DNA of 64,000 nucleotides from Bacilli bacterium (GTDB lineage Bacteria; Bacillota_I; Bacilli_A; RF39; UBA660): NCBI GenBank assembly GCA_046704245.1, contig JBJKSD010000019.1, positions 11,708 to 75,707 of the forward strand, read 5' to 3'. Shown piece by piece: positions 55,780 to 64,000 of this stretch (position 1 is its first letter; each line of letters starts with the position of its first letter). The notes under the pieces were generated by a model. It saw only the letters and a program-made list of their open reading frames with translations, ran no database searches and was not told where the DNA came from. The position numbers and the translations under genes were made by a program.

Positions 55780-56916
55780 ATGAATGCAAAAACAATAATT
55801 ACCATAGTAATTATAGCTGCTATGTTCTTTGTTTTAATTATCTTTAGTAGCTTATATGTTGCTAGTTTTGGTTTTATAAAATATTCAATCATTAGCGATG
55901 CTCTTTTAACTGGCAATTTAGAAGAAATAACTGAACAGGATGAAAAAGATTTTTATACTAGGGTTATTGCGGTAAAAGATGAAATAGAAGAAGAAAAGCA
56001 AGTAAGTATTAATGTAGCATTATTTGTTGCTACATTTATAGTTGTAGAAAATGAAAACCCCAATTTTTCGTATGATATAATGACAACCGATAAGATAAAA
56101 GCACTTTTAAATAGTTATTATGAGAAAAAAATAACTTTACAATGTAGTACTATTGTATCAGAAGAAAATGTTGATACCGAAAATGATAATGAAGAAGTTT
56201 CAAATATATCAATTAATTGTGCATCAGATATTGATTGTTCTTGCCCTGAGGGATATAAAGAATTAAGTAGTGATACAAAATATGTTGTAAATATAGATAA
56301 ATATAAACAATATTTAAAAAATAGTTTTTTTATTGATGTTATGCCAGATGATTATTTTTCAAATGATAGTAATACTAAGGCTAAGGAAATAGATGATTTA
56401 GTTCAATTAGTTATGGATCAGTATGATGATTTAATAAGCCAAATTCAAGAAACTGATTTATCATTTTTTGCGCCACCTTTAGATATCGGCGGTTGTGTTG
56501 TTACTTCGCCTTTCGGAGAAAGAATTGATCCAATATCTAATAAATTAACAGTACATAAAGGTATAGATATAGTTAATGCACCACAAATTATATATGCAGC
56601 AGGTGATGGAATAGTGGCAGCCACTAGAACTGATGTGCTTGGACAAGATACTACTAAAGGATATGGAAATGTAGTCTTTATTAATCATCAAATTAATGGT
56701 ATGATATATGAAACGGTGTATGCCCACTTAGCACCCGGTTCAATTAAAGTAAAACCTGGTGATGCAGTGATAAAAGGAGCAACTATTGCTCATATGGGTA
56801 CAACCGGATATTCAACTGGTGTTCATTTACACTTTGAAGTAAGGGTAGAAGGTAGTCAAGTTGATCCGGGGACTTTGTTTGTAGGTCGATGTTTTGGTAA
56901 TATATTTAGATATTAA
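55780..56916 (+). CDS. M23/LytM-family peptidoglycan hydrolase with an N-terminal membrane anchor (T4SS-associated, VirB1 analogue)
   Basis: Zn motifs HKGIDI (HxxxD) and GVHLHFEV (HxH), plus an N-terminal TM. The start is placed at ATG 55780 (SD GGTGGGTGAG) rather than GTG 55768. Confidence 0.7.
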   Translation: MNAKTIITIVIIAAMFFVLIIFSSLYVASFGFIKYSIISDALLTGNLEEITEQDEKDFYTRVIAVKDEIEEEKQVSINVALFVATFIVVENENPNFSYDIMTTDKIKALLNSYYEKKITLQCSTIVSEENVDTENDNEEVSNISINCASDIDCSCPEGYKELSSDTKYVVNIDKYKQYLKNSFFIDVMPDDYFSNDSNTKAKEIDDLVQLVMDQYDDLISQIQETDLSFFAPPLDIGGCVVTSPFGERIDPISNKLTVHKGIDIVNAPQIIYAAGDGIVAATRTDVLGQDTTKGYGNVVFINHQINGMIYETVYAHLAPGSIKVKPGDAVIKGATIAHMGTTGYSTGVHLHFEVRVEGSQVDPGTLFVGRCFGNIFRY

Positions 56917-56933
56917 ATGGTGGAGGTGTTAAT

Positions 56934-58907
56934 ATGAAACTAAGAGCAGATGCTAAAGATGTTACAATATTTATTATATTTTTAATATTTATGTTATATG
57001 TTGTAGCTTTAGCCGTATTAAATATATCTGAATTTAGTAGAACTAGTCAATTTTATGGTTTTAATCCTTTAGAAGCATTTACTGGACCATTTTTATTACC
57101 AACACTAGTATTCTATTTTGTTTTTCTAGTAGCAATATTTTCTAGTGTTAAATCATATTTCTTTGATGTAGAGAGTGGTTTTGGATTTGCCTTAAATAAA
57201 AGTTCTAAAGGAGATTCTAGATGGGCTAAAAAGAAAGAAATGATGAAGGTATTAAGAAAGGTATTTGCTAGTGATCCAGTTCTTCATCATGCGGGTATAC
57301 CACTTATTAGTAATGGCCATGAATTATATGTCGATGATGGAGAATCACATAGCTTAATCATTGGTACTACTGGTAGTGGTAAAACTAGAAGATTAGTATT
57401 ACCGCTTATAAAGATCTTAGCTAAAAAAGGTGAATCAATTATTGTTACTGATCCTAAAGGGGAATTATATGACGATAATGCTACTTTTTTAGCTAAAAAG
57501 GGATATAAGATTATTATCTTAAATCTTCGTAATCCACAACAAGGTAATGCTTGGAATCCATTACAAATGCCATATAAACTATATAAAGGATCTAATCCTG
57601 ATAAGGCTACTGAGTTACTTGACGACTTAGCTATTAATATTCTATATGAGGAAAAGAGTAGTAATGCTGATCCTTTCTGGGAAAAGACCTCAGCTGATTA
57701 TTTTACTGGCTTAGCGTTAGCTTTATTTGAAGATGCTAAAGAAAGTGAAATTAACTTAAATAGTATTAATTTAATGACTACAGTAGGTGAAGCTAAATTT
57801 GGTACATCTACCTATATTAAAGAATATTTTGATGCTAAGGATCCAGCTAAACCAGCTTATACTAATGTTGCTAGTACGATATTAGCACCATCTGAAACTA
57901 AGGCTAGTATCTTATCAGTCTTTAAACAAAAAATTAAGTTATTTTCATCAAAAGAAAATTTATCAGAAATGTTATCATATAGTGATTTTGAGATGGAAGA
58001 TATAGGTCGCCAAAAAACAGCAGTCTTTATCATTATTCAAGATGAAAAGAAAACCTATCATCCTTTAGCTACTACTTTTGTTAAACAATGTTATGAATCT
58101 TTAATCGATGTGGCACATGCTAATGGTGGTAAATTACCTATTAGAACTAACTTTATTCTTGATGAGTTTGCTAATATGCCTCCTTTAAAAGATGTCACTA
58201 CAATGATTACAGCAGCTCGTAGTAGATTAATTAGATTTAATTTAATTATTCAAAACTTTGCACAATTAAATCAAGTATATGGTAAAGAAAATGCCGAAAC
58301 TATTAAAGGTAACTGTGCTAATTTAGTATATTTATTAAGTAGTGAATTAGGTGCTTTGAAAGAAATTAGTGAACTATGTGGTGAAGAAAAAGCTAAAGAT
58401 AAAGATGCTAAAGGACAAAGAAAACCCCTTATATCAGTTAATGAATTACAACGTTTAAAGATGGGCGATGCTATTATTAATAAACATAGAATGCATCCTT
58501 TTAAAACCCATTTACCAGATATCAGTAAATATACCTTTGATAATAAAAAATATGATAAACCTATCCTTCCACAACGTGAGAAAAGAGAAATAGATTTATT
58601 TGATATTAAAGTTTTTGTTAATGAAATGAGTAAACAAAAAAGGGAACAATTATTTGATATGTTAGATGATAAAACCCAAACTAAAAAACCAATGGACTTT
58701 AATGTCGATGAATTAGTTAAAAAGATAGATGCTAAAATTGCTGAATTGGAAGAAGAAGAACGAAAAGAACAAGAATTAAAGAGTGATGAAATAGATAAAA
58801 TAGTTGACAAAGATAACAGTGAGGAAGAAGAATTAATCGAAGAAGTAGAAAAAGAAGAATTAACTGACGATCAGTTCTTTGATGATTTCTTTACTGAAGA
58901 TGAATAA
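56934..58907 (+). CDS. VirD4/TraG-family type IV coupling protein
   Basis: Two N-terminal TM helices, Walker A IGTTGSGKTR, Walker B FILDEFANM, and an acidic C-terminal tail. Confidence 0.75.
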   Translation: MKLRADAKDVTIFIIFLIFMLYVVALAVLNISEFSRTSQFYGFNPLEAFTGPFLLPTLVFYFVFLVAIFSSVKSYFFDVESGFGFALNKSSKGDSRWAKKKEMMKVLRKVFASDPVLHHAGIPLISNGHELYVDDGESHSLIIGTTGSGKTRRLVLPLIKILAKKGESIIVTDPKGELYDDNATFLAKKGYKIIILNLRNPQQGNAWNPLQMPYKLYKGSNPDKATELLDDLAINILYEEKSSNADPFWEKTSADYFTGLALALFEDAKESEINLNSINLMTTVGEAKFGTSTYIKEYFDAKDPAKPAYTNVASTILAPSETKASILSVFKQKIKLFSSKENLSEMLSYSDFEMEDIGRQKTAVFIIIQDEKKTYHPLATTFVKQCYESLIDVAHANGGKLPIRTNFILDEFANMPPLKDVTTMITAARSRLIRFNLIIQNFAQLNQVYGKENAETIKGNCANLVYLLSSELGALKEISELCGEEKAKDKDAKGQRKPLISVNELQRLKMGDAIINKHRMHPFKTHLPDISKYTFDNKKYDKPILPQREKREIDLFDIKVFVNEMSKQKREQLFDMLDDKTQTKKPMDFNVDELVKKIDAKIAELEEEERKEQELKSDEIDKIVDKDNSEEEELIEEVEKEELTDDQFFDDFFTEDE

Positions 58908-58935
58908 AAAAACTTGAGATATCTCAAGTTTTTTA
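58905..58935 (+). terminator. Rho-independent terminator ending the island operon (AAAAAACTTGAGATATCTCAAGTTTTTT)
   Basis: Perfect inverted repeat with flanking A and T runs. Confidence 0.6.
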
Positions 58936-58990
58936 GTGCACTACAAATTTAATGTTATAATGCATAAACTATGATAGGGAGGTTTAGGAA

Positions 58991-59281
58991 ATGTATTCTG
59001 AAATTTCCGTATCAAGATTAAAAAATATAATTAATGATATAAAATTAATAGATATTAGAGATGAGTGTTTATTTAATAAAGGGCATATTCCTAATTCTAT
59101 CAATATACCGATATATAAGTTATTATCTGATCCCTCGTTTTATTTAGATGAAAAAGAAAATTATTATCTATATTGTGCTGTTGGCTGTTCCAGTGAATAT
59201 GCTGGTAAAACATTAGCTAAAAAGGGTTATAATGTTTTTAATATTAAAGGTGGTTATCGCCAATGGCTAATGGAAAAATAA
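58991..59281 (+). CDS. rhodanese-domain protein (single-domain sulfurtransferase)
   Basis: 96 aa with a rhodanese active-site loop context (YLYCAVGCSSEYAG). Confidence 0.55.
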   Translation: MYSEISVSRLKNIINDIKLIDIRDECLFNKGHIPNSINIPIYKLLSDPSFYLDEKENYYLYCAVGCSSEYAGKTLAKKGYNVFNIKGGYRQWLMEK

Positions 59282-59354
59282 GATACATTGTATCTTATTT
59301 TCTTTGAAAATAATCGAATATATATTATAATAGAAGATAGATTGGAGAATAGCC

Positions 59355-59930
59355 ATGCAAATATTTATCGAAACTATTGTCGCAACTATTACAGCTCATA
59401 TGCATACTATTGGACCTATTTTAGGGATTACGATAGTAATATTAGAATCGATCATACCAGTATTACCTTTAGCAATATTTATTGCTTTAAATATGTATGC
59501 TTATGGTATGGTAATAGGCTTTATTCTTTCATGGGTAGGAACAATAATCGGTTGTTTAATATCTTTTATGGCTTTCCGCCAATGGTTTAGAGGATATTTT
59601 TGGAGAAAGATTGAAAATAAAGAACGTTTTATTCAATTAATGAACTATATTACTGATATTAAATTTAATCAATTAGTATTATTGATGGCTTTACCTTTTA
59701 GTCCAGCTTTTTTAATAAATATAGGAGCTGGTTTATCAAAAATATCATTTAAGAAATTTATTATAGCAACTATTATTGGTAAAATATCAATAGTATATTT
59801 CTGGGGTTATATAGGAACTGGTATAATTGAAAGTATAAGTAATCCCGCAATATTATTAGAAATGGTATTAATGTTGTTTATTGCTTATATAGTGTCGAGA
59901 ATATTAGGTAAAAATTTAAATATAGAATAG
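59355..59930 (+). CDS. TVP38/TMEM64 (DedA-related, SNARE-associated) family membrane protein
   Basis: 191-aa polytopic protein with the family-typical internal motifs (FR.W..R, LMALPFSPAFLINIGAGL). Confidence 0.55.
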   Translation: MQIFIETIVATITAHMHTIGPILGITIVILESIIPVLPLAIFIALNMYAYGMVIGFILSWVGTIIGCLISFMAFRQWFRGYFWRKIENKERFIQLMNYITDIKFNQLVLLMALPFSPAFLINIGAGLSKISFKKFIIATIIGKISIVYFWGYIGTGIIESISNPAILLEMVLMLFIAYIVSRILGKNLNIE

Positions 59931-59940
59931 GAGTTTTAAT

Positions 59941-61017
59941 ATGGAGTATATAATAATAGGATTATTAGTAGTAACTATTATCTTAGTAACAGTATCATTG
60001 TTAAAAAATATTGATGAAACAAATATTACCGAAAGATTAGGTAGATTTGAAACCAATATTACTAAGGAGTTAGGTAATTTCAAAAACGATTTAAGTAAAG
60101 AATTAGTAAATGACTTTACAATGTTAAATGAAAAATTAGAGCATCGTTTAAATTTAATTACGGATAAAGTTAACGAACGTTTAAGTGAGAACTTTGAGAA
60201 GACTAATAAAACTTTTATTTCGGTTTTAGAACGATTATCTAAGATTGATGAAGCACAAAAGAAGATCGATAGTTTATCGTCAGATATTGTATCACTACAA
60301 AGTGTTTTAACCGATAAGAAGAGTAGAGGAATATTTGGTGAAGTTAATTTAAAACACATTTTAACTAGTGTCTTTGGTGAAAAAAATGATAAGATTTATA
60401 AATTACAACATCAATTTGAAAATGGTACGATAGTTGATGCTGTTTTATTTGCTCCACAACCATTAGGAACAGTAGCTATTGATTCCAAGTTCCCCTTAGA
60501 AAATTATCAATTAATGGTAGATAAAAATAGGACAAGCCAAGAAAGAAATCAATCAGAAAAACTATTTAAAACTGATGTTAAAAAACATATCGATGATATT
60601 AGTAATAAATATATTATTGAAGGTATTACTTCTGATCAAGCGATTATGTTCCTACCAGCTGAAGCTATCTTTGCTGAAATAAATGCTTACCATAATGATT
60701 TAGTAGAATATTCATATAAGAAAAGAGTATGGATAACTTCTCCAACTACTCTTATTAGTACCTTGACAGTTATAGAGATGATTATGAAGAATATTGAACG
60801 AGATAAATATACAAGTATTATCCACGAAGAATTAAATAAATTAGGTCTTGAATTTGCTCGTTATAAAGACAGGTGGGATAAATTATCTAGAAGTATTCAG
60901 ACTGTAAGTAAAGATGTGGAAAATTTCCAAATTACTACTGATAAGATTGCTAAGAAGTTTGATTCTATCCACCACGTTGAGGTTGAAACTTTAGAACATA
61001 AAGAAGAAGAAGAATAA
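59941..61017 (+). CDS. rmuC: DNA recombination protein RmuC
   Basis: N-terminal TM, a long coiled coil and the C-terminal RmuC nuclease-like domain (IMFLPAEAIFAEI). Confidence 0.7.
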   Translation: MEYIIIGLLVVTIILVTVSLLKNIDETNITERLGRFETNITKELGNFKNDLSKELVNDFTMLNEKLEHRLNLITDKVNERLSENFEKTNKTFISVLERLSKIDEAQKKIDSLSSDIVSLQSVLTDKKSRGIFGEVNLKHILTSVFGEKNDKIYKLQHQFENGTIVDAVLFAPQPLGTVAIDSKFPLENYQLMVDKNRTSQERNQSEKLFKTDVKKHIDDISNKYIIEGITSDQAIMFLPAEAIFAEINAYHNDLVEYSYKKRVWITSPTTLISTLTVIEMIMKNIERDKYTSIIHEELNKLGLEFARYKDRWDKLSRSIQTVSKDVENFQITTDKIAKKFDSIHHVEVETLEHKEEEE

Positions 61018-61047
61018 AAAAACATCCATCCGGATGTTTTTTTATAA
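61015..61047. terminator. bidirectional Rho-independent terminator (AACATCCATCCGGATGTT)
   Basis: GC-containing palindrome flanked by A and T runs, between convergent rmuC and uppP. Confidence 0.6.
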
Positions 61048-61857
61048 CAATATTATTACCAATGTACCAACAATAAAACAATAATAAGCAAAATATTTTA
61101 ATTTACCTTGTAAGGTTAGTTTAATAAACCATTTAGTAGCATAATAAGTAGCAAAGATCGATGCCATAGTACCTAATAAATATGGTAACCATATCATATC
61201 TAATTGTTTACTATCGATGATATCTTTAAAACCTAATAAAAAACTCACAATACTAATTGGAATATATAGAAAGAATGAAAACTTTAATGCTGTTTCGCGT
61301 TTAAAATCATTTAACATAGCACCAACAATAGTAGTACCACTTCTGCTTATACCAGGAATAAGGGCTATGGCTTGAAATAATCCAACATAGAATGCCTCTT
61401 TAGTTTTAATCTCATTATCTTTTTTATGTCCATAATAATCCTTAACTATATATAATAGTAAACCAGTAATTAATAGACTTACACCAACCATCGTAATATC
61501 AAATAAGAAGAAATTCTCAATATCATCTTTAAATAATAATCCAATTATACCAGCAGGTATAGTACCTATTATTAGTAGCATAATATAATTGAAGTCAGAT
61601 TTATATTGGTTATTTTTAGTTTGAATATATTTTATAAAGCTATTAATTAATTTAATAACATCATCCTTAAATACTAAAATAATAGCAATCATTGAACCAA
61701 AATTAATCATGATTTCAAAATTTAAATCATTAAATAGTTCGGCATTAAATATATTTCTTAATATAACTAAATGGCCACTAGATGATATGGGTAAAGGTTC
61801 AGTAACACCTTGAATTATACCTAATATTATATACTTGATTGTTTCTAAAATATCCAT
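61042..61857 (-). CDS. uppP: undecaprenyl-diphosphate phosphatase (BacA/UppP)
   Basis: Conserved UppP motifs (GISRSGTTIVGAML, PISSSGHL), eight TM helices, 271 aa. Confidence 0.8.
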   Translation of the reverse strand: MDILETIKYIILGIIQGVTEPLPISSSGHLVILRNIFNAELFNDLNFEIMINFGSMIAIILVFKDDVIKLINSFIKYIQTKNNQYKSDFNYIMLLIIGTIPAGIIGLLFKDDIENFFLFDITMVGVSLLITGLLLYIVKDYYGHKKDNEIKTKEAFYVGLFQAIALIPGISRSGTTIVGAMLNDFKRETALKFSFFLYIPISIVSFLLGFKDIIDSKQLDMIWLPYLLGTMASIFATYYATKWFIKLTLQGKLKYFAYYCFIVGTLVIILL

Positions 61858-61935
61858 AATAAACCTCCAGTATAATCATATTACAATTATATAATAAAAT
61901 AACTATCGAGTAAATAAAATTTACTAGGTGATATT

Positions 61936-62160
61936 ATGTTCTGCCGTTTGTTTTTCTTTTTATTAGGATTTGGATTAATGGTTATAGGATGTATGTATAT
62001 AATTTTATACACTAATTTAATGACTATTGGTTATGATTTTAATCAGTATATTAGTTTTATAAGTAAGAGAGTAGAATGTTATTTAGCATTAGGAGGATTA
62101 ATTATTATTGCATTAACTATATTTTTTAAGAAAGGGGATCATAATGAAATACATCTATGA
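61936..62160 (+). CDS. hypothetical small membrane protein
   Basis: 74 aa with two TM helices. Confidence 0.35.
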   Translation: MFCRLFFFLLGFGLMVIGCMYIILYTNLMTIGYDFNQYISFISKRVECYLALGGLIIIALTIFFKKGDHNEIHL

Positions 62161-62791
62161 TATTTTATTAAATTGGACCGATGATAATATATATGAATTT
62201 TTTGAATGGCAAAATGGAGATGAATTAGAACATATAAAAAAAATACCTATAATGAGGATTAATTCTAAAGATTTTAATAATATCTATAACAGTATTATTG
62301 AAATAGATAATAACCTATTAGAGCAATTAAAAGATAGAACTGAGTTATATATTAATAAAAGAGATAATCAAATAAATTATGCTGTTATTTTTACTGATGG
62401 TTTAAGAGCTTTAGCTATCGAATTTAATAGTAAAGGTAAAAGTATATGTAAAAGTAGTTTATTATTAGATGAAGAGAACGAAGTTATAGATATAACTAAT
62501 AAATTAGAAGAAATAAAAATTAATTATAAGATCATTAATCAAAATAAAGACCTATCTTTTTTAACTAGGTATGAAAGGAAGATTAAGCGATATTTAATTA
62601 ATGAATTTAATAAAATATATAAAGAGAAAAACATCAATAAATTAAAGTATTTATATTATGAATGGTTTAATAATACTGGTAATGATTTTAATTTAATGTT
62701 CAATCAATTAAAGCAAATATTAGATATTGAATGGAATGAACAACATATTAATTTATATAATTTAATAAAATTATCATATATTAAGAAATAA
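62144..62791 (+). CDS. hypothetical protein
   Basis: 215-aa ORF that overlaps the previous gene. No motifs. Confidence 0.4.
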   Translation: MKYIYDILLNWTDDNIYEFFEWQNGDELEHIKKIPIMRINSKDFNNIYNSIIEIDNNLLEQLKDRTELYINKRDNQINYAVIFTDGLRALAIEFNSKGKSICKSSLLLDEENEVIDITNKLEEIKINYKIINQNKDLSFLTRYERKIKRYLINEFNKIYKEKNINKLKYLYYEWFNNTGNDFNLMFNQLKQILDIEWNEQHINLYNLIKLSYIKK

Positions 62792-62824
62792 AAAGTTATG
62801 AGTAGAAACCCATAACTTTTTTCA
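62790..62824. terminator. bidirectional Rho-independent terminator (AAAAGTTATGAGTAGAAACCCATAACTTTT)
   Basis: Inverted repeat between convergent genes. Confidence 0.55.
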
Positions 62825-63794
62825 TTTCTTGTAATGTTGCTTGAACTATTGGCCTTACCTTCTTATTACCATTTGCTATTAATTGATCTAAATAGTCATT
62901 ATCTTTATATTGATTATATCTTTCTCTAATAGGAGTAATAAATTTATTTAATGCAATAGCTAGTTTTTCTTTTACTTCGACATCTCCAACCGTTCCTTCA
63001 CGATATCGCTTCTTTAAATCTTCTACTTCTTCTTTATTGTCATTAAAGATGTCATGATATAAGAAGACTAAATTATCTTCTACTTTACCAGGTATATTAG
63101 CACTAATACGGTTAGGATCAGTAGGCATCTGCATAACTTTTGTCTTTATTTCTTCGTCTGAATCATCTAAAAAGATAGCATTACCTTTACTTTTACTCAT
63201 CTTACCTTTATTATCAATACCAGGTAGATTAGCTTCAATAGCATTAGCTACTATAATTGGTTCTGGTATTGGAAATATATTTTCATATTTAGTATTAAAA
63301 CGATTAGCAATCTCTCTAGCTACTTCAACATGAGCTTGGTTATCTTTACCGACAGGTACTATTTCTCCTTTAACACATAAGATATCAGCGGCTTGTAATA
63401 TGGGATAGCCAAGTAATGCAAATGGCATTTCAATATTAGCGTCTCTAGCCATATCTTTTAAAGATGGTATTCTTTCTAATCTAGATACCGTTATTAAACT
63501 TTGTAATAAAGTATATATTTCATTTATTTCAGGTATTTCTGATTGACGATAAAAAGTAACATGTTCTGGATTCATTCCACATGCTATAGCACCCAATACT
63601 AATTCTCTAGCATTTTCTTTAGCTTTAATAATATCTTCTTTACTATTTTTAGTTGTCAACATATGTAAATCAGCAATAATAAAAATACTTTCATACTCAT
63701 TATGTAATTTAACTCTATTTTTAATACTTCCTACATAGTGACCAATATGTAATTTACCTGTTGGGCGATCGCCAGTAAGCATAATCTTTTTCAT
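62796..63794 (-). CDS. trpS: tryptophan--tRNA ligase
   Basis: Class I aaRS with HIGH (TGDRPTGKLHIGHYVG) and KMSKS motifs. 332 aa. Confidence 0.9.
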   Translation of the reverse strand: MKKIMLTGDRPTGKLHIGHYVGSIKNRVKLHNEYESIFIIADLHMLTTKNSKEDIIKAKENARELVLGAIACGMNPEHVTFYRQSEIPEINEIYTLLQSLITVSRLERIPSLKDMARDANIEMPFALLGYPILQAADILCVKGEIVPVGKDNQAHVEVAREIANRFNTKYENIFPIPEPIIVANAIEANLPGIDNKGKMSKSKGNAIFLDDSDEEIKTKVMQMPTDPNRISANIPGKVEDNLVFLYHDIFNDNKEEVEDLKKRYREGTVGDVEVKEKLAIALNKFITPIRERYNQYKDNDYLDQLIANGNKKVRPIVQATLQEMKKVMGFYS

Positions 63795-63937
63795 ACAAAC
63801 ACATCCCTTTATATTATTTTAACATAATATATCTTAAAATGATAAATAATTTCATTATAAATTAATAAGTATTTTTATGCTTTTTTTTGTATAAAGTATT
63901 AATATTTATGGCACTATAAAAGTGAGGAGGAAAAATA

Positions 63938-64000
63938 TGAAAAAAATATTTCCCATTCTATTAATAATAGTGCTATTTATTGCTTGTAATAATTTAAAAG
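63938..64000 (+). CDS. putative lipoprotein, 5' fragment (runs off the window)
   Basis: SD GAGGAGG, then MKKIFPILLIIVLFIACNNLK (lipobox FIAC). Confidence 0.4.

Larger units (their letters stand above)
40759..58935 (+). other. about 18-kb accessory island: secreted proteins, a Tad-like pilus module and a Gram-positive-type T4SS (VirB2-like x2, VirB6, VirB3, split VirB4, M23 hydrolase, VirD4). No relaxase or integrase is present in the window.
   Basis: All genes are co-directional with several translationally coupled ATGA overlaps, and the region is bounded by terminators at 40659-40695 and 58905-58935. Confidence 0.5.

Noticed and set aside
58271-58810. 179-aa minus-strand ORF inside the VirD4 gene
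   Set aside because: It is antisense to a coding region supported by Walker A/B motifs, and it is Ser/Leu-rich from reverse reading of K/E-rich codons.
59288-59590. 100-aa plus-strand ORF (Tyr/Asn/Arg-rich) overlapping the TVP38 family gene
   Set aside because: It is an alternative-frame ORF of low complexity. The overlapping frame at 59355..59930 encodes a bona fide polytopic membrane protein.
59916-60359. 147-aa minus-strand ORF overlapping rmuC
   Set aside because: It is antisense within the conserved rmuC coding region.
63795-63937. Possible T-box leader upstream of trpS (minus strand)
   Set aside because: Only about 140 nt separate trpS from a divergent lipoprotein gene, and no complement of the T-box consensus (CGCGGTACCACC) is present there.

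Overview
The window is AT-rich (about 25-30% GC) and uses the standard genetic code: TGA acts as a stop and 4-nt ATGA stop/start overlaps are frequent. It is consistent with a low-GC Gram-positive chromosome, such as a Firmicutes or Erysipelotrichia-like genome. The first ~30 kb is mostly housekeeping. It holds mntR/mntH, three single tRNAs (Cys-GCA, Gly-GCC, Gly-UCC), a PAP2 phosphatase, dCMP deaminase, pgsA, thioredoxins, an ABC-F ATPase, queG, and a T-box-led gatC-gatA-gatB-aspS-trmL operon. It also holds an unusual radical-SAM/SPASM-MazG fusion next to a short inorganic pyrophosphatase. Two accessory regions stand out. The first is a twin RiPP-like locus at about 30.0-37.8 kb. Each copy pairs a PEP-utilising (phospho-His swivel) phosphotransferase paralog with an RRE-like N-terminal ORF and a radical SAM/SPASM maturase. 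A 64-aa precursor with a C-terminal CxCxCxCxCxCxC core lies beside copy 1, and a membrane-anchored thioredoxin-like protein sits between the copies. In both copies the RRE ORF is frame-disrupted relative to the rSAM body at a homopolymer-like site. The second is a roughly 18-kb island at 40.7-58.9 kb. It encodes secreted and surface proteins and a Tad-like pilus module (CpaB-, CpaF-, TadB- and TadC-like proteins plus two pilin-like ORFs). Directly downstream is a Gram-positive-type T4SS module: two VirB2-like peptides, VirB6/TcpH-like, VirB3-like, a split VirB4, an M23 hydrolase and a VirD4 coupling protein. No relaxase, integrase or oriT was recognisable in the window. Distal genes are a rhodanese protein, a TVP38 family protein, rmuC, uppP and trpS. 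Many Rho-independent terminators are visible, two of them near-identical copies behind paralogous Pro-rich lipoprotein genes.
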